Assembly: GCA_029259155.1 (NCBI GenBank)
Contig: JAPDJI010000020.1
Span: forward strand, 67,572 to 131,571
DNA length: 64,000 nt
Direction of reading: 5' to 3'
Source: Candidatus Methanomethylicia archaeon
GTDB taxonomy: Archaea; Thermoproteota; Methanomethylicia; Nezhaarchaeales; B40-G2
This document shows positions 39,680 to 48,335 of the stretch, one piece after another. The position numbers and the translations under genes were made by a program. Numbering within the stretch: the stretch's first letter is position 1; the number at the start of each line of letters is the position of its first letter. The notes beneath the pieces are model-generated. The model was not told the DNA's origin and searched no databases. It saw nothing but the letters and a program-made list of their open reading frames with translations.

Positions 39680-39954
39680 CTAGCCTTACCTCCATACACC
39701 TCAAAGAGGTCGAAGAGCTTCCTTAAAGCTTGAACCCTAGGGTCCTCGAGCTTAACTCTAAGGATCCTTATCCTCCCAAAGGTCTTCTCCTCCAGTAAGC
39801 CAGCCTCCTTCAACGCGTCTATATGTGAAGCAACAGCTGTATAGTTTAGCCCAGACCTTCTAACGACCTCTGAGATGTTGAGCTCCAAGCTCTTCAACAG
39901 CACCTTCAACACCTTAACCCTACCTTTAGAGGAAAGCACCTCCTCGATGGACAA
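39676..39954 (-). CDS. ArsR-like winged-helix protein
   Basis: LSSKGRVKVLK...ELNISEV.RR.GLNY...H...L...GLL.EK.FGRIR. Confidence 0.82.
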   Translation of the reverse strand: MSIEEVLSSKGRVKVLKVLLKSLELNISEVVRRSGLNYTAVASHIDALKEAGLLEEKTFGRIRILRVKLEDPRVQALRKLFDLFEVYGGKAS

Positions 39955-39960
39955 GCACGT

Positions 39961-41178
39961 CTACCTCCCCTTACCCGTTTTTAAGACCTCCTCCACCCTC
40001 TGCTCTAGGAGGGAGGCTTGTACGTCGATTAAGCCTATGAGCGTGGTTCTTCCACCTGCACCGCCAGTAACCTTGGTGTGGAGGTAGCCAGCCTCCTTCA
40101 ACCTCCTGATCATCAGCCACACCTGCGTATGTCTCCTAGCAGCTTCACTATAGGCTCTACATACATCAACGTACTCACGCTCCACCTCACCGGTAGTACT
40201 GTAGGCTTTACACGTCCTCCTCAACACTCTCGCCACTGATAGTAGGAGGAGGAGCTCGTGGCGGGTAAGCTGATAGAGGTCTTCCCGGCTAAGCAACGGG
40301 TGGGTTTGAGCGTAAACCTCTCTGACAAGCTCAGGGTCTATGCGTCTAAGCCTCCTAGCCTCAGCTAGCCTACCAGCCCTCCATAGCAGCTCTAAGGCAT
40401 ACCTAGCGTCTCCTGAGCCGTGGCCGTCCACACCAGCCAAGTCCGCTATTAAGCTTAAGGCTTCCTTCGTCACAGCCCCTTCGACGAAAGCCTCCGGCAC
40501 CCTATCCTCCAAGATATCGAGGAGCTGGCTTGAAGTATAAGGCTCAAACCTAACCAGGTTATGAGCAGAGCTGCTAGACACGCTCTCGCTTAGCCCATAG
40601 GTGGAGGGGTGGCTCCTGGAAATCAGCATCAACCCTAGCCTTTGAGGCACGTTTAAACGTTCATCAGACACTCTTGAGAGAGCGTATAGAGGTGCCTCCC
40701 CCACGGCCTTAACCATGTAGTCCACCTCGTCCAGCGCTGCAACAAGGTAAGCATCCTGGTCCTCGAGAGCCTTCCAAGCCATCTCCAGAAGCTCCTGCGC
40801 CGAGAAACCTCTCTCAGGTATCGAAGGTAAGACGCGCTGAGCTATCCGTTTAGCTACGACGAAGAACGTTCTATCCTTGTAGCAGTTAACGTGGACGTAG
40901 CGAACATCCACCCCTCTCCTACGAGCTTCACGTTCAAGAAGATAGCCGAAGCGCTTAGAGGTAGCCGTCTTACCTGTACCTACACCACCCACCAACCATA
41001 CCTTCACGAAGAAGGAGCCTGGAGCCTCCAAGAACACCCTGAAGAAGCTGGAAAGCTCCTTTAACTGAGCTTCACGGTGAGGGAGGCTGGAAGGCACGTA
41101 TTCAGGCGATAGCTTACCTTCATCCCTGAATACCTTGAACTGAGAGAAGCTAAAGCCCTCACTGAGACCTTCAGCCAC
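39961..41178 (-). CDS. cdc6: Orc1/Cdc6 family AAA+ protein
   Basis: LSPEYVP..LPHRE, GGVGTGKT, HVNC, LDEVD, FEPYT..QL.DIL..R and GDAR motifs; C-terminal winged helix. Confidence 0.92.
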   Translation of the reverse strand: MAEGLSEGFSFSQFKVFRDEGKLSPEYVPSSLPHREAQLKELSSFFRVFLEAPGSFFVKVWLVGGVGTGKTATSKRFGYLLEREARRRGVDVRYVHVNCYKDRTFFVVAKRIAQRVLPSIPERGFSAQELLEMAWKALEDQDAYLVAALDEVDYMVKAVGEAPLYALSRVSDERLNVPQRLGLMLISRSHPSTYGLSESVSSSSAHNLVRFEPYTSSQLLDILEDRVPEAFVEGAVTKEALSLIADLAGVDGHGSGDARYALELLWRAGRLAEARRLRRIDPELVREVYAQTHPLLSREDLYQLTRHELLLLLSVARVLRRTCKAYSTTGEVEREYVDVCRAYSEAARRHTQVWLMIRRLKEAGYLHTKVTGGAGGRTTLIGLIDVQASLLEQRVEEVLKTGKGR

Positions 41179-41251
41179 CCTCCAACCCTAAGTCAATCTC
41201 TAAGCGACACCTAAAAAGTTCTCGCGGATAGGACACTGCGAGGCTGAGGGC

Positions 41252-41809
41252 TTGCCCATAACTTTAATCACCACTATACAAGGCAAGGAGCACACCGCCA
41301 TGGAGGAGATCCCCGACTGCCTATACCGCTTCGACGAGAACGTCAGGGTTGAAGCCGCCCCCTTTAAAGGCGTGCTTAAAGTGTACACCTCCATCCCCTC
41401 CAGAGAAGCAGCCAGAATCATAGCTTCCTGCTGGACAAGCCACGTAGTACGCATAGTACCCTTAGACATAGTGGTAGAGGCCAGCCTACCTCGCATCGTA
41501 GAGGAGGTGGTGAAACTGGCCAGGGAGAGACGCTTGAGCAAGGAGACCGTGGCTGTCAAGTGTACCAGGAGAGGAGGCAGGCTAAGGTCAAGCAAAGAAG
41601 TTGAGGAGGAGGTCGGAGCAGCGTTGAAAAACTCGCTCAGGTTGAAGGTCAACCTATCCAACCCTGACGTGCTAGTTAGAATAGAAGTGCTGGGAGATGA
41701 AGCCGGAATAGCCTTGCTGAGCAGGGAGGATCTTAAACCCCCTCGTAGAGTCTGGCCTCCATACCTATACCAAGTAGACGAGGGCAGCCAAGGAGGCTAC
41801 GCAGAGTAG
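41252..41809 (+). CDS. Stand-alone THUMP domain protein
   Basis: AVKCTRRG...SSKEVE..VG...VNLSNPD..VRIEV. Confidence 0.85.
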   Translation: MPITLITTIQGKEHTAMEEIPDCLYRFDENVRVEAAPFKGVLKVYTSIPSREAARIIASCWTSHVVRIVPLDIVVEASLPRIVEEVVKLARERRLSKETVAVKCTRRGGRLRSSKEVEEEVGAALKNSLRLKVNLSNPDVLVRIEVLGDEAGIALLSREDLKPPRRVWPPYLYQVDEGSQGGYAE

Positions 41810-41967
41810 AGGTTTGATTAACTAAAGACATACTTGGTGAAGCCATAGTCCTCCAGGGCTCTTGCTCAGCTCTAAGCGCCTACAGCCCTGTCCTCCCGGA
41901 GGAGGATTTATGTAAAATTTTGTAAATAGTAACACTTATAAAGATCCGAGGGCGGCGAGGTTGCGTT

Positions 41968-44900
41968 ATGGAGCTTTGCGTAATATCAACCAAGACAAGC
42001 CTTGAGCCGCTACTAGAAGCCGTTGAGGAGCTTAACGAACAGGGCATCGCGCTTAACCTAAAACTGCTCTATACGCACCAGTTAGATGAGGCCGGCGAGG
42101 CTTCAAGGCAAGAGCTCAGCGAAGCCTTGGAAAATGCCGATATCGTAGTCATAGACCTTAGGACGCCTACTAGCTGGTTTGTCAAGGAGCTGCCCAAGGC
42201 CATAAACGCCAGTAAAGCCAAGGTGGTTCTACCACTAGTCGTCGGTAGCCCAAGCATCCTTAAGCTGCTCAGATTAGGCAGCTTTTCAGGCAAGTTCTTT
42301 GAGTCCAAGGCCAAGGAGGTCGACATGGACGTTGAGTACTTAGAACTATCTAAGGTATGGATGATGATGGAGCTCACCAAGAAGGCTGGCAAAGCACTCC
42401 CTCTAGGCCCACTTAAACATCTAAGGAACTGGTCTAAATGCATCGATTACTGGACGCTTCATGGTAAGAGAAACCTAAAGAACATGCTCCTCCTGATACT
42501 CAAGGAATACTTCAACCTGGAGGTTAGCCCTGAGGAACCCATCCTCGAGGTGCCGCCCGGCTCAGTATGGGACCCTATCGACGGAGCTTGTAAGAGGCTC
42601 GAGGAGTACGTCAGCCACCACAAGCTAGACCTAGCTAAACCCACCGTCGCCCTACTCCTATACGCAGGGATGCACTTCGACCAGTGTAGGCCTATAGCTG
42701 AGCGCTTATTCATGGAGCTTAGACGTGAAGGGATAAACGTGATCCCGGTTGTTGGAGGAGCAGCCAAGGAGCTACGCGGCAACGTGGAGATGCTCAAACA
42801 AAACACCGTTGTGTCCGGTAAGCCGGTGGTGGACGCTGTGGTTAACCTACAGTGGTTTAGGCTTGTTGGCGGGCCCTATGGAGGGCCTCCTGAGCCCACC
42901 TATAACCTATTCAATGAGTTGAACTGCCTTCTTTTCAACGGCCTGATAATGTATATGAGGGAGGTTTCAAAGTGGGAGAAGGATCCACGCGGCATAGCGC
43001 CTGTGGAGGTGGTCACGGCAGTAGCCCTGCCCGAGGCTGACGGTGCCATCGAGCCGATACCCACAGCTGGGCTCAGCGACGACCTAAGAAAAAGGATGAC
43101 GGTGATTGATGAAAGGCTGGCTAGGCGAGTCGAGAGGATCTCTAGGTGGGTGAGGCTGAGACGTAAGCCCGTTGAGGATAGGAGGCTGGCTTTAATCATC
43201 TATAACTACCCTCCAGGGGAGCATAACGTTGGCAGCGCAACCTACCTAGACGTGTTCGCTAGCCTCGAAGCCTTAATGAGGAGGTTGAAGGAGGAAGGCT
43301 ATGAACTAGAGGTTTTACCCAAGGAGGAGCTGAAGGAGCTGCTCTTATCGCGAGGACTCATAAACTCGCCGCAGTGGACGGCCTTTAAAGACCCTATCAA
43401 GCTAAGCTTAAACATGTACGAGGACTACTTAGCGAAGCTCCCCAGCGAGGCTAGGTCAAGGCTCATAGAGGCCTGGGGGGAGCCTCCTGGCAACGTGAAC
43501 GTTATCGAAGGCGACCTGGTCATACCGGGCGTAGTGCTGGGCAACCTGTTCATCGGCGTCCAGCCCAGTAGAGGGGTGCATGAAGAGGTCGATAAGCTAT
43601 ATCATAGCAAGGACCTCCCCCCACACCACCAGTACGTGGCCTTCTACCAGTGGATCGACAAGGTCTTTAAAGCAGACGTCGTGGTCCACCTGGGGACCCA
43701 TGGAACCCTCGAGTTTATGCCCGGTAAGGAGGTGGGGCTCTCCGGTAAGTGCTTCCCCGACCTGCTCATCGGTAACATGCCTCACCTCTACGTCTACCAC
43801 GTGACCAACCCTTCAGAGATGACGATAGCTAAGCGTAGAGGTTACGCCTACACCATAACCCACGGCTCACCACCCTTCACCAAGGCCGACCTATACGAGG
43901 ACTACGTTGAGCTCGAGGAGCTGCTACATGAGCTTAAGGAGGCTGAGGCTCAAGACCCGGAGAGGGTTAGCGTCGTCAAGAGGTTGATAGAGGACCGATG
44001 CTCCAAGCTCAGCTTGGCTTACTCAAGCCTCGACGAGCTATACGACAAGCTGTTCGAGATGAGGAGGTCCATCATACCTAAGGGGCTACACGTGCTCGGC
44101 GAGCGGTGGAGCGATGAGGAGCTCGTCGACTACCTCGCCTTCGTGTTGAGGTACGATAGGGAGGTGCGGTCCCTGCATAGGGTGTTGGCGGAGGCGAAGG
44201 GCCTCGACTACGACGAATTGCTTGAGAAGCCCCACACGGTGATAAACGGTAGGAGAGCCGCTGAGCTGGTCAACGAGCTGGAGGAGGAGGCCAGAAGCTT
44301 CGTAGCCATGGTGTTGAGCGGCAAAAGCGACCAAGCGATTCGTAGGCTTCCCAGAGGAGCTAGACGTGAAGCCAAGCAGATCGCCGACTTCGTAAAGGAC
44401 TTAGCGTCAAGGGTTGGGGCTTGCGACGAGCTAAGCTCAGTGGTCAAAGCCTTAAACGGCGAGTATGTTCAGCCCAGAGTTGCTGGCGACCCTCTCAGGA
44501 CCCCTGAAGCCCTTCCAACAGGTAGCCACGGCTACGGCTTCGACCCTAGGCTAACGCCTAGCAAGGCAGCTTACCTTAGAGGAGCCAAGATAGCTGAGGA
44601 CGCCTTGAAGCTGTACAAGGAGAAAGATGGGCGTTACCCTGAGGCTGTAGGCGTGGTTCTCTGGGGCTTTGAAACCATGGGGACGAGGGGTGAAACCATA
44701 GGTCAGATTCTTCAGCTTCTAGGCGTAAGGCTCGTGAGGAAGCATGGACCGTGGAGCTCAGACCTAGAGGTGATACCGCTCGAGGAGCTTGGTAGGCCTA
44801 GGATCGACGTAGTGGTCACCATATGCGGGATCTTCAGGGACACCTTCCCCAACCTGATCACCTTGATAGATAGGGCGGTTAGGCTGGTAGCGAGCTTAGA

Positions 44901-45693
44901 GGAGCCACCTGAGGCGAACTATGTGAGGAAGCACCTCCTTGAAGCTCAGGAAGTTTATGGCGCTGACTCGACGATTAGGGTCTTCGGCCCCAAGGATGGA
45001 GCCTACAACACCCGGCTGACCGACATGGTGGAGTCCTCAGCTTGGAGAAGCGAGGAGGAGCTTGCTAAAACCTACATTGAAGACATGACGTACGGCTACG
45101 GGGAGAACGTGGAGGCTAAGCCGCTCAACGAGCTATTCAGGAGCCTCCTATCCAAGGTAGACTTGGTGAGCCAGGTAAGGTATGCTCACGAATACGAGGT
45201 GATAGACCTCGACCATTACTACGAGTTCCTGGGAGGCTTAAAGAAAGCTGTCGAGGACATCAAGGGGGAGAAGGTAGACGCTGTGTGGATAGACACCACG
45301 TTGGAGAAGGTAAAGCTTAGAGGCCTATCAGAGACCATCGACCACGCCGTCCGCACGAGGCTCCTTAACCCGAAGTGGGCCAACGCCATGCTGGAGCACG
45401 GCTACGATGGCGCACGCGAAGTGGCCAAGAGAGTGGAGTACGTGTTAGGGCTAGCTGCAACCACAGGCGAAGTACCAAGCTGGGTGTGGGATAAAATCGC
45501 TGAAAGATACCTGTTCGATGAGAAGCTCAGGGAGAGAATGATTGAAGAGAACCCTTGGGCAGTCCACGAAATAGCTAAGAGGCTCTATGAAGCATATGCC
45601 AGAGGGTACTGGAAGGTTAAGGAGGACGTGCTCAGAAAATTAAAGGACATCTCCAGTGAAATTGAGGGTCTCTTAGAGGAGAAGGGAGGCTGA
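41968..45693 (+). CDS. CobN/BchH-family chelatase large subunit
   Basis: LPEADG.IEP, YNYPPG, GVQPSRG, PPHHQY, HLGTHGTLEF.PGK, AKRR, LGRPRIDV, GIFRD and R.LNPKW motifs. Confidence 0.92.
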   Translation: MELCVISTKTSLEPLLEAVEELNEQGIALNLKLLYTHQLDEAGEASRQELSEALENADIVVIDLRTPTSWFVKELPKAINASKAKVVLPLVVGSPSILKLLRLGSFSGKFFESKAKEVDMDVEYLELSKVWMMMELTKKAGKALPLGPLKHLRNWSKCIDYWTLHGKRNLKNMLLLILKEYFNLEVSPEEPILEVPPGSVWDPIDGACKRLEEYVSHHKLDLAKPTVALLLYAGMHFDQCRPIAERLFMELRREGINVIPVVGGAAKELRGNVEMLKQNTVVSGKPVVDAVVNLQWFRLVGGPYGGPPEPTYNLFNELNCLLFNGLIMYMREVSKWEKDPRGIAPVEVVTAVALPEADGAIEPIPTAGLSDDLRKRMTVIDERLARRVERISRWVRLRRKPVEDRRLALIIYNYPPGEHNVGSATYLDVFASLEALMRRLKEEGYELEVLPKEELKELLLSRGLINSPQWTAFKDPIKLSLNMYEDYLAKLPSEARSRLIEAWGEPPGNVNVIEGDLVIPGVVLGNLFIGVQPSRGVHEEVDKLYHSKDLPPHHQYVAFYQWIDKVFKADVVVHLGTHGTLEFMPGKEVGLSGKCFPDLLIGNMPHLYVYHVTNPSEMTIAKRRGYAYTITHGSPPFTKADLYEDYVELEELLHELKEAEAQDPERVSVVKRLIEDRCSKLSLAYSSLDELYDKLFEMRRSIIPKGLHVLGERWSDEELVDYLAFVLRYDREVRSLHRVLAEAKGLDYDELLEKPHTVINGRRAAELVNELEEEARSFVAMVLSGKSDQAIRRLPRGARREAKQIADFVKDLASRVGACDELSSVVKALNGEYVQPRVAGDPLRTPEALPTGSHGYGFDPRLTPSKAAYLRGAKIAEDALKLYKEKDGRYPEAVGVVLWGFETMGTRGETIGQILQLLGVRLVRKHGPWSSDLEVIPLEELGRPRIDVVVTICGIFRDTFPNLITLIDRAVRLVASLEEPPEANYVRKHLLEAQEVYGADSTIRVFGPKDGAYNTRLTDMVESSAWRSEEELAKTYIEDMTYGYGENVEAKPLNELFRSLLSKVDLVSQVRYAHEYEVIDLDHYYEFLGGLKKAVEDIKGEKVDAVWIDTTLEKVKLRGLSETIDHAVRTRLLNPKWANAMLEHGYDGAREVAKRVEYVLGLAATTGEVPSWVWDKIAERYLFDEKLRERMIEENPWAVHEIAKRLYEAYARGYWKVKEDVLRKLKDISSEIEGLLEEKGG

Positions 45694-45703
45694 TCTACAG
45701 GTA

Positions 45704-45743
45704 AGGCTCAGCACTCAAGACCTTGCCGCTCATCGACGCGCCT
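45704..45743 (-). ncRNA. Degenerate or partial box C/D guide sharing the tRNA-Leu(CAA) guide and D box with the sRNA at 47234-47288
   Basis: Minus strand AGGC..TCGATGA-GCGGCAAGGTCTTGAGTG-CTGA-GCCT; 16-nt identity with 47234-47249. Confidence 0.45.
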
Positions 45744-46166
45744 CTTTAATGGTCAGGATCCCTCCTTCGCCTCTCCATAGCCTCCCAGTCAATATAGGAA
45801 GACCCCATCTATCAGCTTTAAAGAGAGTAATGCTGTTAATTGTGATTCAAGCAGTGATAGGCTTACCCTTACGCACTGAGGCTGCAGCTCCAAAGCACAT
45901 TAACACGCCAATTGAAGTAATGTAAAAAAACAACCTAGCTCCCGTCGAGCCGTAGCGCCTAAGATGCTTATTTCACCCATCGGGGAGAAACCTAGCTTAG
46001 CCAAGCCGTAGAGGAAGTTCAAAGGAAAAGTGGAGCAGGCTCGTCGGGCTCCTCTGGCTATTAGCGAAGCATACATGCAGCGTTGGGAAGCCCAAGGTCC
46101 CTCAATGCCTGCTACTTGAGGAATGTGACGTAGCGAGGAAGAGGTTTAGAGGCGCATAGTGAAGAG

Positions 46167-46225
46167 GCCGCTCAGCCTGGAGTCATTCGTCACCTCTCAG
46201 CCATGCAATGGGCAATCACAGCGGC
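46167..46225 (-). ncRNA. Box C/D guide sRNA (candidate)
   Basis: GCCGC-T-GTGATTG(C)-CCCATTGCATGG-CTGA(D')-GAG-GTGACGA(C')-ATGACTCCAGG-CTGA(D)-GCGGC, with a 5-bp terminal stem and TTATTAA upstream. Confidence 0.78.
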
Positions 46226-46233
46226 GGTTAAAT

Positions 46234-46512
46234 TTAGGATTTGGCTGTTAATAAGCTTCCATTAAGCCAGCCTTCAACCCATAGCCTCCCATTAGTTACA
46301 ACGTATTCCCTGAAGCCTTGACGAAGCAGGTAGCCCAAAGCTATGAGGACAAGGCCAAACAATATGAGGACGGCAGCGCCTCTAAGCAGCGTGAAGCCTG
46401 CTAAAACAAGGAAAGATCCGAGAAAAATAAGCAGAGCTATGCCTAAGCATCACAGGCTTTCTTTGCCGCGCCATATTACATGCTCGCCCTCCAACAACCT
46501 AAACTCGCTCAA
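46234..46512 (-). pseudogene. Membrane protein with PH-like (bPH) domain start; in-frame TGA at codon 21, truncated
   Basis: MSEFRLLEGEHVIWRGKESL*CLGIALL(2 TM)...REYVVTNGRL; missing from the ORF track. Confidence 0.55.
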
Positions 46513-46531
46513 CACCTAACACACCACTAGG

Positions 46532-46792
46532 CTACCTACCCTCCGGTAAAGGCATCGGGGTGAAAGCTATGAGCGTCTCCGTGTGGACAACGCTAGGCAT
46601 TTTCTCTAAGGCTTCATAAATAGTCTTTTTAAGCTCCTCAAGGTCCCTAGCCTCAATAACCAAAACCGCATCGTACTGCCCAAAGACAGAGCTAGCTAGC
46701 TTAACGCCCTTAACCTTACGAGCCCTCACAACCTCCTCTGAGCGCCCAGGCCTAGTTGTAACCAAGACGAAGGCCCTCACCATAAAACCCAC
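46532..46792 (-). CDS. Stand-alone Lrp/AsnC ligand-binding (RAM) domain protein
   Basis: AFVLV.T.PG.SEEV...GV..A.SVFGQYDAV...TETLI. Confidence 0.88.
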   Translation of the reverse strand: MGFMVRAFVLVTTRPGRSEEVVRARKVKGVKLASSVFGQYDAVLVIEARDLEELKKTIYEALEKMPSVVHTETLIAFTPMPLPEGR

Positions 46793-47023
46793 CTAAAGCA
46801 CGATAGAGGTCTCCGTATGAACGATGTTGGGATCCTTCGCTATAACCTCATATACGATCTTGCCTATGGAGTCAAGGTCCGGAGCCTCGATTAAAATCAC
46901 GGCGTCAAACCTACCATAGATCGAGTCAGCCCTAACTACGCCCTGAACCCCTTTAACCTTACTCACCACCTCCTCAGAAGTGCCTGGCTTAGTAATTACA
47001 AAAACGTAGGCCAAAACCGGCAA
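46793..47023 (-). CDS. Stand-alone Lrp/AsnC ligand-binding (RAM) domain protein
   Basis: AYVFV.TKPG.SEEV...GV..A.SIYGRFDAV...TETSIV; TTG start at 47023. Confidence 0.88.
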   Translation of the reverse strand: MPVLAYVFVITKPGTSEEVVSKVKGVQGVVRADSIYGRFDAVILIEAPDLDSIGKIVYEVIAKDPNIVHTETSIVL

Positions 47024-47233
47024 GGCTATCACAACATATAGGAAGACAGCTTCGATAAAAAACTCTTTCCCTAAGGCGAGAGGGGATGGAGGCCTCAATA
47101 TAACTGAGAGGCCAAGGAGGATGATGATCAACATCAGCTAATGAGCTACTCCTCAAGGATTGACGGGGAGGGTTATGAAGAGGCGCAAGGAAGATGCTCC
47201 CGTGCCCGATGAAGAGTCCCGACCATCAGAGGG

Positions 47234-47288
47234 GGCTCAGCACTCAAGATCCCAGTCATCTATCATCGAGGCCAGAGTCATCATTGCC
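47234..47288 (-). ncRNA. Box C/D guide sRNA; D guide predicted to target C34 of tRNA-Leu(CAA)
   Basis: GGCA-ATGATGA(C)-CTCTGGCCTCG-ATGA(D')-TAG-ATGACTG(C')-GGATCTTGAGTG-CTGA(D)-GCC; TTATAAG at 47311-47317. Confidence 0.8.
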
Positions 47289-47338
47289 AAGTAGAGCTTT
47301 AGGCAGCTCCCTTATAAGGTCTCAGTAGGAGAAACGCT

Positions 47339-48316
47339 GTGTCGAGGATGAGGATAGAGCCGTTAGCCTTCGAAACCCTGGGAGTTAGGGGGATGTGTAC
47401 CTACATAGAGACGCCTGACGTAAACATACTTGTTGACGCAGGCGCTTCTTTAGGCTTGAGGCAAGGCTTACTGCCCCATCCACGCGAGTATAGAGCGTTG
47501 GAGGCAGCTAAGAGGAGGATAAGGGAGAAGGCTGAGAGAAGCGATGTGGTCACTGTGTCGCATTACCACTACGACCACTATACGCCGGCTTGGAAGGAGC
47601 GCGAGTATGTGTTGACGTGGAGCTGCATGGAGGAGGCTGAGGCCATATATCGGGATAAGCTTGTCCTGGTGAAGGACGTCAGGGAGAAGATCAACATGAG
47701 CCAGCGCCGGCGCGGATGGCTCTTCGAGAAACACATTGAGCCGTTGGCGTGGAGGATAGAGGTGGCCGACGGGAGGGAGTTCAGCTTCAACAGGACGAAG
47801 CTGAGGTTTTCTCCCCCTGTACCTCACGGTGAGGGAGGGTCGGCGCTAGGCTGGGTGTTAATGTTATGCGTTGAGCATGAAGGCGAGAGGGTGATCCATA
47901 CTTCCGACGTGCAGGGACCCATGAGCCGAGAAGCCTTAGAGTGGATACTGGCTCAAAGGCCAAACTTAGTGGTCGTGGGAGGCCCTCCGCTCTACCTAGG
48001 TGAAGGAAAGGTGTCTGAGTCCTCGATAAGTGGAGGGTTGCGCGGCTTAACCTCGCTTATCAAGGAGGTTCCGCTCGTCGTCGTAGACCACCATATCGCC
48101 AGGATGCTTAACTGGAGAGAGAAGGTTCAGGGGCAGCTTACCTCCATGAACATTGAAGCCTCATTCAAAAGCGCCGCTGAGCTAGCTGGGCGAGGAGACC
48201 TTCTACTAGAAGCGAGGAGGAGAGCGCTATATGAGGAAGAGCCGCCAAGCGAAGAGTTCCAGAGGTGGGCAAAGTTGAGGAGAGAGGAGAGGCGTAGAAC
48301 CCCGCCGCCGCTATAA
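47339..48316 (+). CDS. Metallo-beta-lactamase-fold protein (UPF0282)
   Basis: LAFETLGVR, SHYHYDHY, INMSQRRR, PVPHG, SDVQGP, GGPP.YL and DHH motifs. Confidence 0.88.
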   Translation: MSRMRIEPLAFETLGVRGMCTYIETPDVNILVDAGASLGLRQGLLPHPREYRALEAAKRRIREKAERSDVVTVSHYHYDHYTPAWKEREYVLTWSCMEEAEAIYRDKLVLVKDVREKINMSQRRRGWLFEKHIEPLAWRIEVADGREFSFNRTKLRFSPPVPHGEGGSALGWVLMLCVEHEGERVIHTSDVQGPMSREALEWILAQRPNLVVVGGPPLYLGEGKVSESSISGGLRGLTSLIKEVPLVVVDHHIARMLNWREKVQGQLTSMNIEASFKSAAELAGRGDLLLEARRRALYEEEPPSEEFQRWAKLRREERRRTPPPL

Positions 48317-48335
48317 TCGATGGGGCTCAAAAGCC

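Noticed and set aside
46450-46452. In-frame TGA as possible selenocysteine
   Set aside because: Not a redox-motif position, no SECIS seen and the gene is also truncated; a nonsense mutation is more likely
47119-47235. Plus-strand ATGATGA...TTGA and CGATGA...CAGA motifs
   Set aside because: D and C' boxes are degenerate and no target was identified; left uncalled
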